Part shown: piece by piece, positions 26,031 to 38,743 of the stretch
Numbering within the stretch: the first letter of the stretch is position 1
Layout: each line of letters starts with the position of its first letter
From: Octopus sinensis
Taxonomy: Eukaryota
Assembly (NCBI RefSeq): GCF_006345805.1
Contig: NC_043009.1
Coordinates: forward strand, 28,830,001-28,894,000
Length of the DNA: 64,000 bases
Direction: 5' to 3'
The notes under the pieces: model-generated
What the model saw: the letters and a program-made list of their open reading frames with translations, nothing else
The model's database searches: none
What the model was told of the DNA's origin: nothing
Position numbers and translations under genes: made by a program

Positions 26031-26061
<31 letters not shown>

Positions 26062-26354
26062 CAACAACAACAAGGATAATAATAATAATAATTAATAATA
26101 ATAATTAATAATAATAATTATAATGATGATGATTTCAAATTTTGAAACAAGGCCAGCAATTTCGGGTGAGGGAAAAGTCGCATACATCGACCACCCCCAG
26201 TACTCAACTGGTACTAATATTATTGACCCAGAAAGGATGAAAAGTCAACTTTGGTGGAATTTGAACACAAAACATAAAGATGAACTAAATGCCAATAAGC
26301 ATTTTGCCCGGCATATTAACGGTTCTGCCAGCTCACTGCTTTAATAATAACAAT

Positions 26355-26418
<64 letters not shown>

Positions 26419-26577
26419 TATTGCATAAAGTACTGTCTGTTTGAGATTGTTGTGACTTGAGAGACTGTACAAATCCCCGGTAGACACAATATCTTCAATC
26501 AACAACAACATGATATTGGATACTGTGTGACGTCAATAATAATAATAATAATAATAGTAGTAGTAATAATAATAATA

Positions 26578-26616
<39 letters not shown>

Positions 26617-26630
26617 TACAATAACAACAA

Positions 26631-28137
26631 TGGAATGTATTTTGGAACTAAAAGGTGTGGTATGCATATAATACAAAAATGCAAAGTAGTGTTGTCTGAC
26701 GGTGTAGAGCTTCCCAACAGTGAGAAAATAAAAAATATTGAGACTAATGGCTATAAATATCTGGGGATTAGGGAATACAACAAAATCAAGGGAAGTGAAA
26801 TGAAGGAAAGCTTTAGGTAAGAATATCTCAAAAGAACCAAATTACTTATGGGAAGTGGACTCAATGGAAAAAAAACAAGATCAGAGCAATAAACACATGG
26901 GCTGCTTCCTTAATGTGATATGGTGCAGGTGATGTTGGGCAGACAAAGAATAAGTTTGAGGAAATGGACAGGAGAACAAGAAAAGTGATGAGAATTAACA
27001 AGGAACCACTCCCCAAAAGTGATACTGACAGAATGTAAGTGCCTAGGAACAGGGGAGGAAGAAGCCTCATAGGATGCAAGATTTGTGTTGTCAATGACAA
27101 GAGCAGTTTGGGATGGTACTTCAAACAACAGAGTGAATCCTTGATTGCCACTGTTAGAATTAATGATATAATACCTGCCGAAAATGTGATGCACCTACAA
27201 ACACTGAAGAAACAAGATGAAAAAGACAGAGTAAACAATTGGTATATGAAACCACTGCATGGGCAATACCTCAAGTAAAATCGAAGGAAAAGACAAGATC
27301 AACACTTGGAGAGGGCTCAGAACAAAAAATGATCTTAAAGGATGCACTGAGGCATTGATATGCAGCATCTAGGAACAAGCTCTGAGAACTAATTACACCA
27401 AGTTTCAAATAGATAAGTGTAGGGAATTGCACCTTTGTAGGATGTGTGGCAGCAGAAACAAAATAATCTCACATATTGTGAGTTAGTGTAGCAAGCTGGC
27501 CCAAAAGCACTACAACAGGAGGCATGATAACGTGGCTAAGTTCATCTACTGAAGGCTATGTGAAAAGTACAGCCTAATCAAAGCACGGAAAGGGTACGAA
27601 TATGAACCAGAAGGAGTCACCAAAAACAAGGAACATAAGATACTGTGGGATTTTGCAATCCTGTGTGACTCCCTAATTGAGGCTCAGAGAGCAGATATTG
27701 TTTTGGTAGAGTAAGGGAAATGGAAATCAAGATTATAAATACTGCAATACCTGGGGATGCATGAATATGTGACAAAGAATTAAAAAAGATTAAAAAGTAC
27801 AGATTACTAAAAGACGAAATTGCAAGAATGTGGGGACAATGAGGAGAGTGTCTCTCATTCCAGTAGTTGTAGGGGTACTCAGAGTACTAACAACCAAATT
27901 TGAGAAATCGGAATTGACATGAGAGCAGAGCAAGCCCCAAAAGCTGCACTGCTGGGGACAGCTAGGATTTTGAGATTGGTACTTGGATGTTGAATGTCTT
28001 CTATGGTAATTAACAACCAAGTATCAAAGCTTATAATGTGTGGAAAGAGACCGTGTGAAACCTCTGACATCAGGATACTGTTCACTCTCACAGAATCTAG
28101 CAAAGCAAACAAGACTGAGTTCTCTGAGACATAAAAC
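26631..28137 (+). pseudogene. R4/Dong-like LINE, 1.5-kb 3' portion (RT C-terminus, CCHC knuckle, RHD, REL) in (TAA)n
   Basis: GMYFGTKRC...GYKYLG...PRNRGGRSL...LHGQYL...CRMCG...SHIVS*CSKLAQKHYNRRHDNVA...KILWDF...RADIV...LLKDEIARMWG...IPVVVGVL...ALLGTARILRLVLGC*. Multiple stops and frameshifts; (TAA)n on both flanks. Confidence 0.85.
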
Positions 28138-28150
28138 AATAATAATGATG

Positions 28151-28196
<46 letters not shown>

Positions 28197-29464
28197 CAAC
28201 AACAACATTTTGTCTGGTGTACTACTGATTCTGCCAGCTTACTCCCCTCCTCCTCCTCCTCCTCCTCCTCTTACTACTACTACTACTACTACCAATAATA
28301 ATAATAATGATAATCTTTTCTAGTATTAGGGACATGGCCTGAAATTTTACTGGTACTTAATTTATCAACCCCTGAAAGGATGAAAAAAGACAAAGTCAAC
28401 CTCAGCAGAATTTGAACTCAGAATGTGAAGATGGACAAAATGCCACTAAGCATTTACATCGACCCCAGTACGCAGCTGGTACTTGTTTTATCAGCACCAA
28501 AAGGATGAATGGCCAAGTTGACCTCTGCAGGATTTGAACTCAGAATGTAAAGATGATTGAAATACTGGTAAGTATTTTGCACAGCATGCTAACACTTCTG
28601 CCAGCTTGCTGTCCTCTTATATAAACTATTATTGATTTTTCAAAATTAACCTGAAGATCAATGTGTAGTGACAAGTTCCAGGCAATAAAATATACTAACT
28701 TGGCACTTATTTTACCATGTTCTTACACTTTACAAAAACCAAATGAAGCAAATCAGTAATGAATTATCATTGAAGAAATTCAAACAAGCAGTTTTCTGAA
28801 AAACCATCAAAGGATATTTTATTTTTTTGGATTCTCCCTCAATTCTTTTAGTTTTGTTTTACAGTAAACTTTTAAATTCTGCTTCTTAACCACGAGGTTT
28901 CAGGTTTAGTACAACTTCAAGCATGTTCTTGTTGAGTATCTGGCCAAAGAACACCCTGAGAGGAGATTTGGTAGAGGGAAACTGAAAGAAGCCTGTTATG
29001 TGTGAGTAAATGTGTGCATATGCATATGTGTGAGTGTATGTATAGATGTCTAGACAGATAGATTGATATACACATACATACATACATACATACACACTTA
29101 CACACATACATACATACATACATACATGCATATATACATACATATATATAATCTCTAAAATTTATGCTAATGTTTTGATGTAGCCACTGATGAGAACGTT
29201 GCCTAGCAATTTATTTTATTTGCTAATTAGGGTTCAAAACCTCAGTATGGCTGTAAAAAAAACAAGGTAAAATTTTTTATTTTTCATTCCCTTCGAAATT
29301 GCTCTTAAATGTAGTTTTGACTGCTACTTCTAGCATGTAAGGCTGCCAGTTAAGGGTCGCCTCTCTTGTGTTTAAATGTACACTAATTTTTGTTTTGTTT
29401 TTTTGCATCCCTGGGACAGGAAAGATTTTCTCTTTGAAGAGTTGCTGATATTCTACAAGACCTA

Positions 29465-30755
29465 CGAGGGGCGTTCAATAAGTAATGCCCCTGACCCACT
29501 TCCCATACCAGTAGAGCAACGGAACTTGGCACAGTTATTGGTCTTTTTCTACATAGGAACCACTCAGAGTTAGGCATTTCTCCCATCGTTTGATCCAGCT
29601 CTGGAGACCGTTTTTGTAAAAGACCCCAGCTTGGTCCTCCATCCACGACGTGACTTTAGAAATCAAGGCTGCATCATCTGGGAAATGCTTTCCTTTCAAA
29701 AACAACGTCATGGCTGGGAAGAGGTGAAAATCAGAGGGTGCAAGGTCAGGAGAGTAGGGGGATGGGGGAGGAGTTCATAGCCGCACGCCTGTGCTTCTGA
29801 TCTGGCGACACCCGAGTTGTTGACCGGAGCGTTGTCCTGCAGGAGGAGGTTGCCTTCGCTGATCTTGCCCCGCCTCATGATTTTGATAGCTTCTCTTAAT
29901 TTCCTCAAAAGTGAAGCATAATAGGCTCCTGTAATTGTGGTACCCTTTGCCAGGAAATCTGTCATCACTACTCCGTCCTGGTCCCAGAAGACTGTGAGCA
30001 TGACCTTGCCAGCAGAGGGCTGCACCCTTGCCTTCTTTGGAGGAGGTGAGTCACGGTGCTTCCACTGCATTGACTGGGCTTTGGTCTCTGGATCATAGTG
30101 ATGGGCCCAGGTTTCATCCTGAGTAATCAGTCTTTTGAAAAAGTTTGACTCATCTTCTTGGTACGTCTCCAAATTCATCCTCGAGCATTCAACGCGTTCT
30201 TGCTTCTGGAAAAGTGTGAGCAGCCTGGGAATCCATCTGGCAGACACCTTTTGCATATGCAAATGGTTATGAATGATAGTTTCCACTGACCCGGTACTAA
30301 TCTTGACCTCATGGGCTATTTGGTGAATAGTTATGCGTCGATCTTCCAAAATGGCAGCCTCAACTTGACGGACAGATACCTCATCAATGGCAGAAGGGGG
30401 TGACCAGATCTGGGAGCTGTTTCCACAGAGTTCCGACCATGTTTGAATTCACGATGCCAGCGTTTTATAAGGTCATATGATGGGGCATCATCACCATAAG
30501 TTACTTTCATTTCATCAAAAGTCTCCCGTGGTGTGCATCCTTTCAAATACAAAAACCGGATCACTGCTCAACACTCAACAGGCTCCATTTCACACTTGAC
30601 TCAGTTCAAACACCTGTAAATCAGAAACCATAATTATTTCAGAGCTGTAATTTGCCACCTAATCTATAGAGATATAAGTAATTGCACATGCAAAATTTCA
30701 ACTAGATCAAACACCTGGAAGTGGGTCAGAGGCATTACTTATTGAACGTCCTTCG
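29465..30755 (-). mobile_element. Full-length mariner (DD34D) transposon, 1,291 bp, TA TSD
   Basis: 39-bp TIRs at 29465-29503 and 30717-30755 match at 36/39; TA at 29463-29464 and 30756-30757. Confidence 0.95.
29535..30588 (-). pseudogene. Mariner transposase pseudogene
   Basis: MEPVEC*AVIRFLYLKG...WIPRLLT...ITQDETW...LLQDNAP...PHPPYSPDLAPSDFHLF...WEKCLTLSGSYVEKDQ*. 34 residues between D2 and D3; TGA at 30568-30570; frameshifts near 30395 and 29760. Confidence 0.92.
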
Positions 30756-33700
30756 TAAGTTATAACTCAATAACCAGCATATCTGAGATTAACCAACACA
30801 AACTTATGATTATTTATAAAAAGCAAAATAAATTTGAAAGATTTTACTTCATTAAGTAATGTATTTCTGTGATAATCTCAGTTCCTTGGTAAAGCAAGAA
30901 CGGGGTTCAAAGAGCCATGAGAAGCTCAGAAGGAATGGTGCTTAGCTTCATGGTATTAAATGGATGGGAGATAAATATATCATCCCTAACCACTTAGTAA
31001 AATGCTAGCTTTTGCTGCCAATATTCTCAGAAAATCTGGTAATGATTCCCTGCAGCTTGGTAAAATTCAATGTTTAGAATTAAGGTTAGTGTTAAAATAT
31101 GCAAAAGAACTCCTATAAATTTGAACATTTCTTTATTGTGGTATATATCAAAGACATATAGATTATCAGAAAATGCTTTAATGGTAAAAAAATTTTTGGA
31201 TTCTGCAGGGAAAAATTTGGTCTTCTTGATGAAGTTTTAGCAACATTAAAACTTATTCAATCACATACTCAAACACACTTGAATCTTTTATCATCGTTTT
31301 ATGATCCTTAATATAAACATGCCCTCAGTATGTTAAATTTATCTTTCTTTTTCTAAATGAGAATATATTTATTTCAACTTTCATTCATATCTCAGACTTT
31401 GTAGTCACTTCATAAATCTCTACATGAAACATTGCTTCCAGGAATCATCTCATTATAGAGCTTGCAGTGTGTCCCCTTTAGATATCAGCTAATACATTTT
31501 CATATTCAGCCTACAAATAACAGCAAAAATACCTCAAACAGCATGTAGTATTTACGACCTAAGGCAGTTTTCATTAAAGCTTGGAAGCAATTTCATTTAA
31601 GAGGAAAATTTCTTGCCAGTATGAAAAGTGAAAAAGATATATTTATAGATATTTGAAGGCTCAGTGTTATCAAGAACTAAAGTTCAAAAGCAAAAATGAT
31701 TTTCTCTTGTATTGAAAAAAACTGAAAAACTTAATTTCTAAGCTGTATGGTGTATTATGAAATTTCCCTCTGACACTTATTGTCTGGTGTATGCCACCAG
31801 AGGATTTCTTTTAGATATAGTTGTGTGCTCATGGAGCATGGTTCCCAACCATATAATTTGTTAAACTGCTAAGTTACAGTGGGGGGGGGGGACAGCCACA
31901 TTCCAACCTCGAAGAGAAAACCTTTGCAACATCTTCCTTTTCCCTACCCACATAATTAAAACAACTTTTGTACTAATTAATCACCACCACCCTATTCTAT
32001 AACCAGTCTCTCTTTCAGAACTGATAGAGGATCAGTAAAAATGGGATATTTGTTTTGGTTCTTTACATCCTGAGTTCAAATCCTGATGAGGTCAACTTTG
32101 AGTTTTCATACTTTTGAAGTTAGTAAATTAAAGTACCAGTCAAGTACTGGTAATGATATAATCAACTTGCACTTTGCATTCAAAATTGCTGGCTTTGGGA
32201 AAAGATTAGAAGGGAAAAGAACATTGATGGAATGTATGTGGGAGACATGGTCTTCATAATTGCATTGCAAGGTATCTGATTAGGAAGGCTGTAACTTTTT
32301 AAAATCAACTAACGCTGGACAAGGGTCACTTCCTAAGTCTAGTTTGCATGAAGGAATAAACGGTGCCTTATATACTCTGTATACAAGAGCTGGCAATCAG
32401 AAGGATATCCAGCAAGGGAAGACATACCAAAAATGGAATGTAAAATATAACCAGATCATGTTATATGTTTAGAAGAATGGTAACAGTGAATAATAATTGA
32501 CAGAAGATAGAATGGAATTGTAGTAAGACTTATTTGACTTTGCAAACCAAACTAAAAACCAAAGTGTAAAGAATAAACAAGATCTTATACCTTTTACCTT
32601 TTACTTGTTTTAGTCATTTGAATGTGGCCATGCTGGGGCACTATCTTGAAGGGTTTTAGTCAAAGGATTTGACCCCGGGACTTTTTAAAGCTTGGCCTTT
32701 ATTTTATTGATATCTTTTGTTGAATGTTTAGTCACAGGGACATAAACATGCTAACACTAGTCGATAAGCAGTGGTGAGGAACAAACACACACACACACGC
32801 ATGACAGGCTTCCTTCAATTTCCTTCCATAAAACTCTCTCACAAGGTTTTGGTGGGCTCAGGGCTATGATAATAGGAGATATTTTCCCAAAGTGCTACAT
32901 AATGGTACTGAAACCAGAACCATTTGGTTGAGAAGCAAACTTCTTACCACACAGCCATGTTGGATAAGGGCAATTATTCATAAAAATACATTATTCATAA
33001 TATAGGTCAGGCTAAATGGCTAAGGGGGTCAATATACACATATAAATATGCGTTATTTGTTGTTTATGGGGATGGGAACCAGAATGCAATAAAAGCAAAA
33101 AAAAATGCTCACCATAAAACACTGCACCAGTATCTGACAATCTTTTGCAGTAAACAATCGAAGTTGGTTATATTTTCCAAGCAAAAATTCTTGAGCAGCT
33201 TCTAGTCATTTAAGTTTTTATTTAAAGACTCGCAGGAGCTATTTTCCCTAACGAGCTGAGAAAAGAATACACAATGCCATGCAGGATAACCACTTATAGT
33301 CTAAAATTCTCTTATATATAGCCATAGAGGAATGAAGTAGAATTGTGTGTGTGTGTGATGGGAGAAGATGAGACTACATTAGAAGACAACTAGCAACAAC
33401 ATTGGCACTTATTTCTTTTAACAAATGATTTAGGCTAAATTGCAAGATTCAGAAACTAATTATAGCCTCAACAACATCATGGCAAGTAGGTTATAAATAT
33501 ATAAAACGATTATTGAAAATATTTATCTGGAAATATATATATATAAAAGTATTGTTGGCAGTCTAAGTACAATCTCGCCTGCTGGCATCCTCTGGTTCCA
33601 TCAGAAAATATAAAATATATAAACCATAATAATGATTTATCTGTTACTCAAAGAAAATCAGCACCAAAAATAGAAATCATTTTTAATACTACAAAAACTT

Positions 33701-34863
33701 TTTCTTGAATAGAAACACAAAATAAGTATTTTTTATTATTATTGTTTTTGTTTTCTCATACATTCGTCTATTATTTTTCCTGTGTTTGTGTTTGGTTTTA
33801 CTGTATTATTTTCTTTTTCTTCTCTAAAGACAAATGAAGCAAGTAGTTATCTGAACATCACAGAATATCATCATATTTTGTTGTATATGGTTCCACCGCC
33901 TTCTTTTATACATTTTTACATTGTCTATTTTTTTACAGATATTTGATTCCTTCTCTCTGTTTCCTATGGTTCCAGAGTTTACTCTAAGAGCTAATTCCTA
34001 CCATTTTGGAAATATTTTTTTTAAAAATAGGGTTCGTTCATTTTTTTTGTGTTCTTCATTATCCTTAACATCATCACTGGAAGACCAGGACAATTAGCAG
34101 AGGTATCCAATGTTCTGCAAGAATGATACAGATAATTCTCAGGGATGACTTCTGTAAAAATATATTACAGCTAAGAGGGGACATATATTACATTTGTGGG
34201 GAAACTTTGCTCAACCAAAAAAAAAAGGTAAAAGCATATAAACAATGTTTAAAGAATTAAAATTGCACACATAATGAAAAGAAGAAAAAATAATCAGTGT
34301 TGATGGTAATGCTTACCAAGTATTTCAAGGGGAACAACTTTGAAAGCCAAATTAATTAAAAACTGAATACGAGAAAACACTTGGCTTCACTGACAAGAAT
34401 TATCATGAATGCTAATTAATTTGCTTTAATTATGAATGTTATTTCAATCAATCACATGAAGTATATTAATGCCCAATCTCAACTAAATTCATGAGTGAAT
34501 TTGCTAAAGTAATTCAAAACAGTGGCTAGTTGTTGTTACACTGATAAATTTAGCTTAATGTCTGCTTTTTTGTTACCATAGTTACAACCTTTTTGATATT
34601 AAACTCTCTACCTGACATTCTTCACGTGCCTTTTTGAGTTTCAGTAACTTCACCAGAATAATTTACCTAACCTCTAATCCAGCTCTTGGGGTTAAATCGT
34701 CTTCATTCTGTTATCCATGCTAGGGGTATTCCCCACACCCCTGTCAGTTGTTTTACTATGTGCTGTTGCTCACTTACTATGTATGAAGTAGAATACATAC
34801 ATATATACATACATACACACACACATATGTAAATATATATATACACATGCATACATATATATA

Positions 34864-34904
<41 letters not shown>

Positions 34905-34959
34905 ACATACATATATATATACATACATATATATATATATATATATACATATATACATG

Positions 34960-35001
<42 letters not shown>

Positions 35002-35010
35002 CATATATAT

Positions 35011-35042
<32 letters not shown>

Positions 35043-35385
35043 TTAACGTCCGTTTTCCGTGCTAGCACGGGTTGGACAGTTCGACCGGAGTCTGGGAAGC
35101 CAGGGCTGCTCCAGGCTCCAGTCTGATCTGGCAGTGTTTCCACATCTGGATGCCCTTCCTAACGCCAACCATTCCGTGAGTGTAGTGGGTGCTTTTTACG
35201 TGCCACCAGCACAGGTACCAGGGGGGGTCTGGCATTGGCCATGATCGGTTGGTGCTTTTAACGTGCCACCGGCACGGAAGCCAGCCAAGGCGGCACTGGC
35301 ATTGGCCACATTCGGATGGTGCTTTTTATGTGCCACCGACACAGGTATCACAACTACTGTTTCCATTGATATTTGTTTTGATGTT
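35011..35385 (-). mobile_element. RTE LINE 3' UTR/tail with 63-67-nt modules
   Basis: (ATC)n at 35011-35043; modules at 35189, 35252, 35319; homologous to 44140-44531. Confidence 0.85.
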
Positions 35386-35395
35386 CGTGTACATG

Positions 35396-35472
<77 letters not shown>

Positions 35473-35477
35473 CATAC

Positions 35478-35529
<52 letters not shown>

Positions 35530-35728
35530 AAACGGGAAGGTTTACGAAAATAAACAAAAGACGAAGGCAGGTGGAGTACAAAGAAACAAATGTATTAGTA
35601 TGGCGGTCAGGAACAGAAATAGAACAAGTCTTTTACATTTGGAGCCTACGCTCTTCGACAGAAAGATACACAGAAAAAAACAAGGAGAGAAACAAATGCG
35701 TGTAGGAGCTAACGATCTATCATGGCGT

Positions 35729-35730
<2 letters not shown>
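35530..35730 (-). mobile_element. PLE-like terminal fragment with U6-variant HHR-like motif (35629-35666), in (TA)n
   Basis: Reverse complement TCTTT CTGTCGA A GAGC GTAG GCTC CAAA TG TA AAAGA: stem I 5/5, stem II 4/4, G12 replaced by C. Confidence 0.55.
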
Positions 35731-35786
<56 letters not shown>

Positions 35787-36746
35787 CATACATATATATA
35801 TATCCATACATATATATACATACATATATATACATTCATATATACATGTATACATACATACGTACATTCACACACACACACACACGCACATATATATATA
35901 TATAAGTATGGCGTATGCACATGTGAACCATTATTTAGCCACCTTGTACTAATGCACTTATAATCTTTCTTTCCCTATTGTCAGGAAAAATTAGCCATGT
36001 GCATCCTTTGGTGCTGTTTCCTTCTTCTCATTGCTATGATGCAGGTTTGAACATGAAACAACAATTAAGTTGTCACTGTTATTATGTTAACCCAAATCCA
36101 CATCACTTTCTGATCTGCCAAAATAACACCAACATTCAGTGATTGTTTTCTGTGATCTGGCAATATAACAAGAACTGAGATACCCGGAATGGTTTCAGTG
36201 AAATATTGCTGCAGAACTATGTCACTGTGGTATTTCTATGAATGGATTGAATAATTCTCAAAAATGGTCCCTCAAGAGTTTTCCAAATTTCTATCAAATT
36301 TCTATCAAAATACTTTGTCTTTGTCTCCGTTAATTTTGAAAATAATGAGGAATTTGGTAAAATAATGGTAAAATGATAAAAATTTTGTGGAAATATCTTA
36401 AATTTGCATCATTTTGAAACAAGACGTTTGTATCATAGAACCAGTGGCTGTCAGTGGTGAGTTACAAAACAGAACTGATAGAGTTATGAGATATTAAACT
36501 TTTGTGACTAAATTTCTATTGAAATACACCATCTTAGTTTCAGTTACCTTTGAAAATAGTGAATTAGGTGCAGCCATGGCTTTGTGGTAAAAAGTTTACT
36601 TCCTGAGCACATGGTTTTCAGTTCATTCCCACTGCTTGGCACCTTGGGTGGGTGTCTTCTACTATAGCCTTGGGCCAACCAAGAACTTGTGAATAGATTT
36701 GGTAGACAGAGACTGAAAGAAACTTGTCCTTTATATATATATATAA

Positions 36747-37080
36747 TAAAAAGTTTTGAATGGTACAACAATGCACTATAATTTAGACAATGGGCTATTT
36801 ACCTGTTGTAATTAAGTCATGCATAGTCTGATATGAAATTTCAGAATGATATTTCGTCTTTTTGAAAAGCCGTTAGAAACCGATTATAGCAGCGACTCCA
36901 TCTAAGAATGTCTGAAGAAGGAATATTATTCCGAAATATCATATCAGACTACGGATGACTAAATTACAACAGGTATATAGCCCATTGTCTATATTATAGT
37001 GCATAGTTGTACTATTCAAAACTTTTTATTCTTTACAAACAATACACAATGCTTCAAGCGAACTACAATACTCTCCTATA
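36747..37080. mobile_element. Hairpin element (~115-bp inverted arms) with hammerhead, in (TA)n
   Basis: 36747-~36860 is the reverse complement of ~36915-37030 (roughly 85-90% by eye); ~50-nt unpaired right extension then (TA)n. Confidence 0.7.
36908..36944 (+). ncRNA. Minimal type-I hammerhead ribozyme motif with fully canonical core
   Basis: ATGT CTGAAGA A GGAAT ATT ATTCC GAAA TA TC ATAT: stem I 4 bp (one G-U), stem II 5 bp with G10.1-C11.1, ATAT palindrome, AUC cleavage triplet (C36940). Confidence 0.75.
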
Positions 37081-37104
37081 TATATATACACACACACTCA
37101 CATA

Positions 37105-37140
<36 letters not shown>

Positions 37141-37378
37141 TGTATGTATGTATAAATGGCACAGTGTAAAGGTGCACCTTTCATTCAAGTCTGGTGAAGT
37201 GCCATTCTAATGTCTAAAACTGCAAACATTACTGTCGGACTGTTATAACGTCCACTCCAGTATATAGACAAGTAATGACATGACTATAAATAACCAACTT
37301 CGCCGACTGTTGACCCTCGACTTCTTACATCACAGTATTTGTAATGACTATTTCATACCACTGTGAGGTGTGTTCTAT

Positions 37379-37448
<70 letters not shown>

Positions 37449-37929
37449 TTAATAATAATAATAATAATGATAATAATCATTATTATTATTATTATTATTA
37501 TTATCATTATTATCATTATTATTATTATTATTATTATGATTATTATTATTATTATTCCAATAACAAGTACATAAATTTTCACATCAAACTTTTTCATAAA
37601 GTGGCGTTGCAGATAGAGGTGGTACACAAACAATTGAAATGATCATTAAAGATGTGTTAAAGAATATCTTTGTCTTCTTATTTGGATTATCTATATACTG
37701 TATATATACTGTGTACTATATATACACTGTATATATATATATATATATATACGTTTAAGAGACAGAATCACCCTCAAGCAACTCAATCATCATTGAATGA
37801 CATTATCCACAATATGTACATATAGGACTAAATATTAAAATTATTAAAATTAATACCTACAATTCTTATTCAGAATTATCAAAATTAATACCTTCAATTC
37901 TTATTACAAATCATATAATTTATATTATC

Positions 37930-38034
37930 TAGACTACGTGTGTTTCATCACAACATATTCCTCGATATTGTTGAAATTAAATTTCCCTATACAATACCAT
38001 ATTAGAATGATTATATTGGCAATCATCAGGTCTA
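37930..38034 (-). ncRNA. HHR-like motif (left arm of foldback)
   Basis: Reverse complement TAGAC CTGATGA ... GAAA CACACG TA GTCTA: perfect 5-bp stem I, weaker stem II. Confidence 0.5.
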
Positions 38035-38638
38035 TCTTATATGAACTTATTTTGCTATTTACATCGTATATTAAGACATGACAGACTAAAATTATATAAC
38101 TAGAGGTTGTTGGAATAATTTTATTTTAGTAAATAATGAACAGAAATGTGGAATAAAAGTAGGAAAAAGAAATGTTAATAAAAGGAAAATTTAACTTATC
38201 TGTATGGTAATTTTCACTCCAAAAATTAAATATGGCTACCAGCAATCGTATAATCCAACATTGAAATCTATTTTGTAGGGGAGATAATTCTTATTAACAT
38301 TTAAAAATTCTTAAAAGGTACTTTATATTATTTATAATAACAATAAATCAGGAGAAGCCAGAAGTGAGTATATGATGGGATTTTTATTTTATTTCCCCCC
38401 ACAAAGTAGAGCTCAATGCTGGATTATACAATTGCTGGTAGCCATTTTTATTTCAGAGAGAAATTTCAGAGAGAAAATTACCATACAGGTAAGTTAACAT
38501 TTATTTTTTCCTACTTTTATTCCACATTTCTGTTCATCATTTACTAAAGTAAAATTATTCCAACAACCTCTAGTTATATAATTTTAGTTTGTCATGTCTT
38601 AATATACGATGTAAATAGCAAAATAAGTTCATATAAGA

Positions 38639-38743
38639 TAGACCTGAAGATTGGCAATATAATTGTTTTAATATAGTATTGTATAGAGAAATTCTATTTC
38701 AACAATATCGAGGAATATGTTGTCATGAAACACGCGTAGTCAA
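38639..38743 (+). ncRNA. HHR-like motif with long loop 2 (right arm of foldback)
   Basis: TAGAC CTGAAGA T TGGCAA ...62 nt... TTGTCA T GAAA CACGCG TA GTCAA; U-U at the 10.1/11.1 position is non-canonical. Confidence 0.5.

Noticed and set aside
29535-30588. Domesticated SETMAR-like gene
   Set aside because: Stop codon, two frameshifts, intact TIRs and TSD, no fused SET exon: an ordinary dead mariner.
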